The position numbers and the translations under genes were made by a program. The notes beneath the pieces are model-generated. The model was given only the letters and a program-made list of their open reading frames with translations, did not search any database and was not told the DNA's origin. DNA of 62,800 nt, counting the filler, from Stramenopiles sp. TOSAG23-2 (taxonomy: Eukaryota), in assembly GCA_900128395.1 (NCBI GenBank). It is 10 parts of 10 records of this genome, joined end to end, with 100 filler letters (N's around TTAATTAATTAA, not from the genome) between each part and the next. Parts side by side here need not be neighbours in the genome. Positions count along the whole stretch, not along the records: positions 58,223 to 59,682 come from LT652856.1; positions 59,783 to 61,241 come from LT652857.1; positions 61,342 to 62,800 come from LT652858.1; 7 more parts are not named here. One strand, 5' to 3'. The stretch's first letter is position 1. Each line of letters starts with the position of its first letter. Below are positions 59,667 through 62,800 of the stretch, one piece after another.

Positions 59667-60260
59667 CCTGACCTTTGTATCTNNNNNNNNNNNNNNNNNN
59701 NNNNNNNNNNNNNNNNNNNNNNNNNNTTAATTAATTAANNNNNNNNNNNNNNNNNNNNNNNNNNNNNNNNNNNNNNNNNNNNAATTCGTCGTATCACTTA
59801 CATCATTTGGTTTTTCAGCTTGTACCTTTAGTTGCAATAATAGATCTGATGATAATGTTAAATTGCTTGCACCACTTCCCATGTATATATGTATTATCTA
59901 TATGTATATATTCGTACTTTTCACTTTGTTCAATAATATTTTACAATCCTCTTTGTTACATCAATTTTGTAATAGCAATATTATTTATATTTAGACACAA
60001 TTAAACATATATATGTATATACGAGGCGTCCGCGTATAAGCAACAAATATATCTATTATTTCTTTTTTTTTCGTATTTACAGTGGCAGTGGTTTTTCGTT
60101 TTTTCCTTGTTTTTTCGGGTAATGTTCATTTTTTTCTCACCATTACCAGATATTAACGTGCTGCTGTGTGCTGCTAAAAATGATAATATTATATTATATA
60201 GGGCTTTCAATACAGCAGTATAATAAAATACATACTTGGTGTAATATTAATATCTTTCTT

Positions 60261-60790
60261 TTACATACAATGTGTACTTTTACCACGTCGACGACGTAAT
60301 CCAATTGCTGTTAATGGCCTTGGATTATTATTTCCATACGAAGGTGGTAAAGATGGTGTGCTTCTATGCTGCTGACGAATACCATTTTTTTTATTACTAT
60401 TTATTTTTTTTCTTTCAACAAGTCGATGACGACGGGCACCAATTGCAGTCAAAGGCCTTATTTTTATTTTCTTCTTTTTCTTTTTTAATTTCTTTTTTTT
60501 CGTTGACATCATCATCAACATCTCTTTTTTCTTTTTAATTTCTTCTTTTTTACGTTCATTTTCTAATTCTACATTTGCAGCCATAATTTTATAATTTTCT
60601 ATAGTTTTGTCTGGATATTTAAGTAATTGTGCACATACATGATGATTATATCTTCGAGCAATATCAATTGGTTTAAATCTTTGATCATCTTTAATATTTA
60701 TTGCATCAGGATTCAAAGAGAGTATATAAGGCAATATAGCAATACTATCATTAAAAGTAACTAAATGTAGCAAAGTCCAATCATATATGG
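60261..60790 (-). CDS. Ankyrin-repeat fragment with a basic tail (exon or pseudogene)
   Basis: DWTLLHLVT..INIKDDQRFKPIDIARRYNHHVCAQLL; no in-frame ATG upstream of the repeats. Confidence 0.5.
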
Positions 60791-61341
60791 TATCTATTTC
60801 TTCACAAAAATGTATGTAAATTACTTTATATAAAAATGATTTTTGTGTTGTTGTTATATATATATTTCTATACGTCGTTACGCTCCTTGCTCCATTTTAA
60901 AAGGAGTGTAGCAGACCAGTATAGAGGAGACACCATTAGTGTGAAGGGACCGAGTATATATATATGATGCATGATGTTGCATATATATATTTATAACCGA
61001 TTAAAAATATATTAATGGATAGCTGGATTAGTAGCTAAAAGCTAAAATGTGTACACAAATCAAGAGAGCTTATTTAAGGTTATTATAGTTACTACAGACA
61101 GGTAAATTAAAATGGCTATTTTATCACCAGTGGCACAGTGCACCACACAAAAAGAAAAAAAAAAAAGCGAAAAAAAAAATTTTTTTAAAAAAAATTGCCG
61201 TACGGCGAGAGCCCTGCATTAGGTCTGGATTGGGGGTTGTGNNNNNNNNNNNNNNNNNNNNNNNNNNNNNNNNNNNNNNNNNNNNTTAATTAATTAANNN
61301 NNNNNNNNNNNNNNNNNNNNNNNNNNNNNNNNNNNNNNNNN

Positions 61342-62800
61342 TTAGCCGCCCTAATTTGGCTGCTTGCAGTTATTACGATTTTGTTAGGATGGGTAGAGGT
61401 ATCAGTGTTACCTGATGCCGTAAATGCAAATCGTACTACGCTGGCAGTTTGACCCAACACTACGTTATTAATGGCGGCAACAAAACCAATACTTGTGTGG
61501 CTAGGAGGCAGACTAGCTACAGCTTGATTAGAGAAGTTAGGAATACCAATACCTCCAGCAGTTGTTGGTTTTGTGTCTGCAGCACCACCACCAGCAGTGT
61601 AAGATAATGTAAATGGCGAAGTACTTGCACTCACTGCACCAATTGTTAAATCGACAAATGCATCGGTTCCACTAACACTACATGCAGTGATTGATCCTGA
61701 TGATAAACTGAAATCACCATCAGCACAATTAGCAGCAATTACAGTCGCATCATATGTAATACGAAGATTTGTTGCAGTTGTCATTGCAGCATTTTGTAAA
61801 ATGGGTACAGCCAAACCCGTTAAAACTACGTTTGTTCCAGAGAAGTTAGGAATAACAGCGCCACCAGCCGTTGTTGGTATTGTGTTTGCACCACCAGCAC
61901 CAGCAGTATAGCTAATTGTAAATGCAGCTGTATTTGCAGCGATAGGACCACTGTTAATTCTTAAATCAACAAATGCATCGGATCCAGTAACAGTACAAAG
62001 ATCTATTGTATGACTGTTTGATAATGAAAAATCGCCATGTGCACAAGCACCAGCAGTTACAGTTCCATCATACGTAATACGAAGGTTTGTTGTAGTTGTC
62101 ATTGCAATACTTGAAACAGTTGGAACTACACCAATAACAGCTTGCGTTGCAAAATCATCAATAACAGCGCCACCAGCCGTTGTTGGTATTGTGTTTGCAG
62201 CTCCACTGGTATAAGCATAAGTAAGCGTAAATGCAGCTGTATTTGCAGTTACAGCACCAATTGTTAAATCAACAAATGCATCGGATCCAGTCGCATCACA
62301 AGCACTTACTGTATTACCGTCTGATAATGTAAAATCGCCATGTGCACAAGAAGCACCAGCAGTTACAGTTCCAGAATACGTAATACGAAGGTTTGTTGTA
62401 GTTGTCATTGCAATACTTGAAACAGTTGGAACTACACCAATAACAGGTTGAGTTGCAAAATTAGCCAAGTCGTCACCTGCATTGGCTGCGTCTTGGATTT
62501 TGGTGTTATCAGCTCCATCACCAGCAGTATAGCTAACTGTAAATGCAGCTGTATTTGCAGTGATATCACCACTATCGATGGTTAAATCAACAAATGCATC
62601 GGATCCAGTAACAGCACAAGCACTTATTGTATGACTGCCTGATAATATAAACTGGGCAGAGGCACAAGCACTAGCAGCGACATCAATGTTGCAGGTAATA
62701 CGAAGATTTGTTGCACTTGTCATTGCAATACTTGTAACAGTTGGAACAGCTGCATCAGTGACTGTTATGCCTATCGTAAAAGCTACAAGAAACAATGATT
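61342..62800 (-). CDS. Secreted/surface protein with four ~100-aa SwmB/Ig-like repeats, partial at both ends
   Basis: End of a signal peptide (SLFLVAFTIGITVTDA), then repeats of VPTVSSIAMTTTTNLRITY..C...DFTLS..C.VTGSDAFVDL.I..FT.SYTAG..NF..Q.V. Confidence 0.8.

Overview
This window is ten unrelated eukaryotic contigs joined by 100-nt artificial spacers (N-run + TTAATTAATTAA + N-run): 1-8241, 8342-16580, 16681-24892, 24993-33201, 33302-41510, 41611-49818, 49919-58122, 58223-59682, 59783-61241 and 61342-62800. The DNA is very AT-rich, gene-dense and intron-poor, with short GTAAGT...CTAAC...AG introns and Asn-rich proteins. That fits a protist single-cell or metagenome assembly; a marine stramenopile is my inference only. 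Recognisable housekeeping genes are TIM13, exportin-4, dUTPase, CARM1/PRMT4, USP5/13, a JmjC oxygenase, an OS-9-like lectin, an RRM protein and a Ser/Thr kinase. Several 106-167 bp tandem duplications break genes, and one 8.2-kb contig is a palindrome; these are probably assembly or amplification artefacts. The most interesting signals are: (1) a candidate innate-immune-like system in which one ankyrin cassette, near-identical at silent sites but hypervariable at ligand-contact positions, is fused to a non-RD kinase-TIR-TIR in one gene and to an F-box-like motif in another; (2) a strongly diverged UFM1 paralogue that keeps the C-terminal RVG; (3) a three-exon gene ending in a bacterial/phage-type DUF1643-like domain; (4) a secreted protein built from SwmB-like repeats. 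All family calls come from motif recognition by eye; no searches were run.
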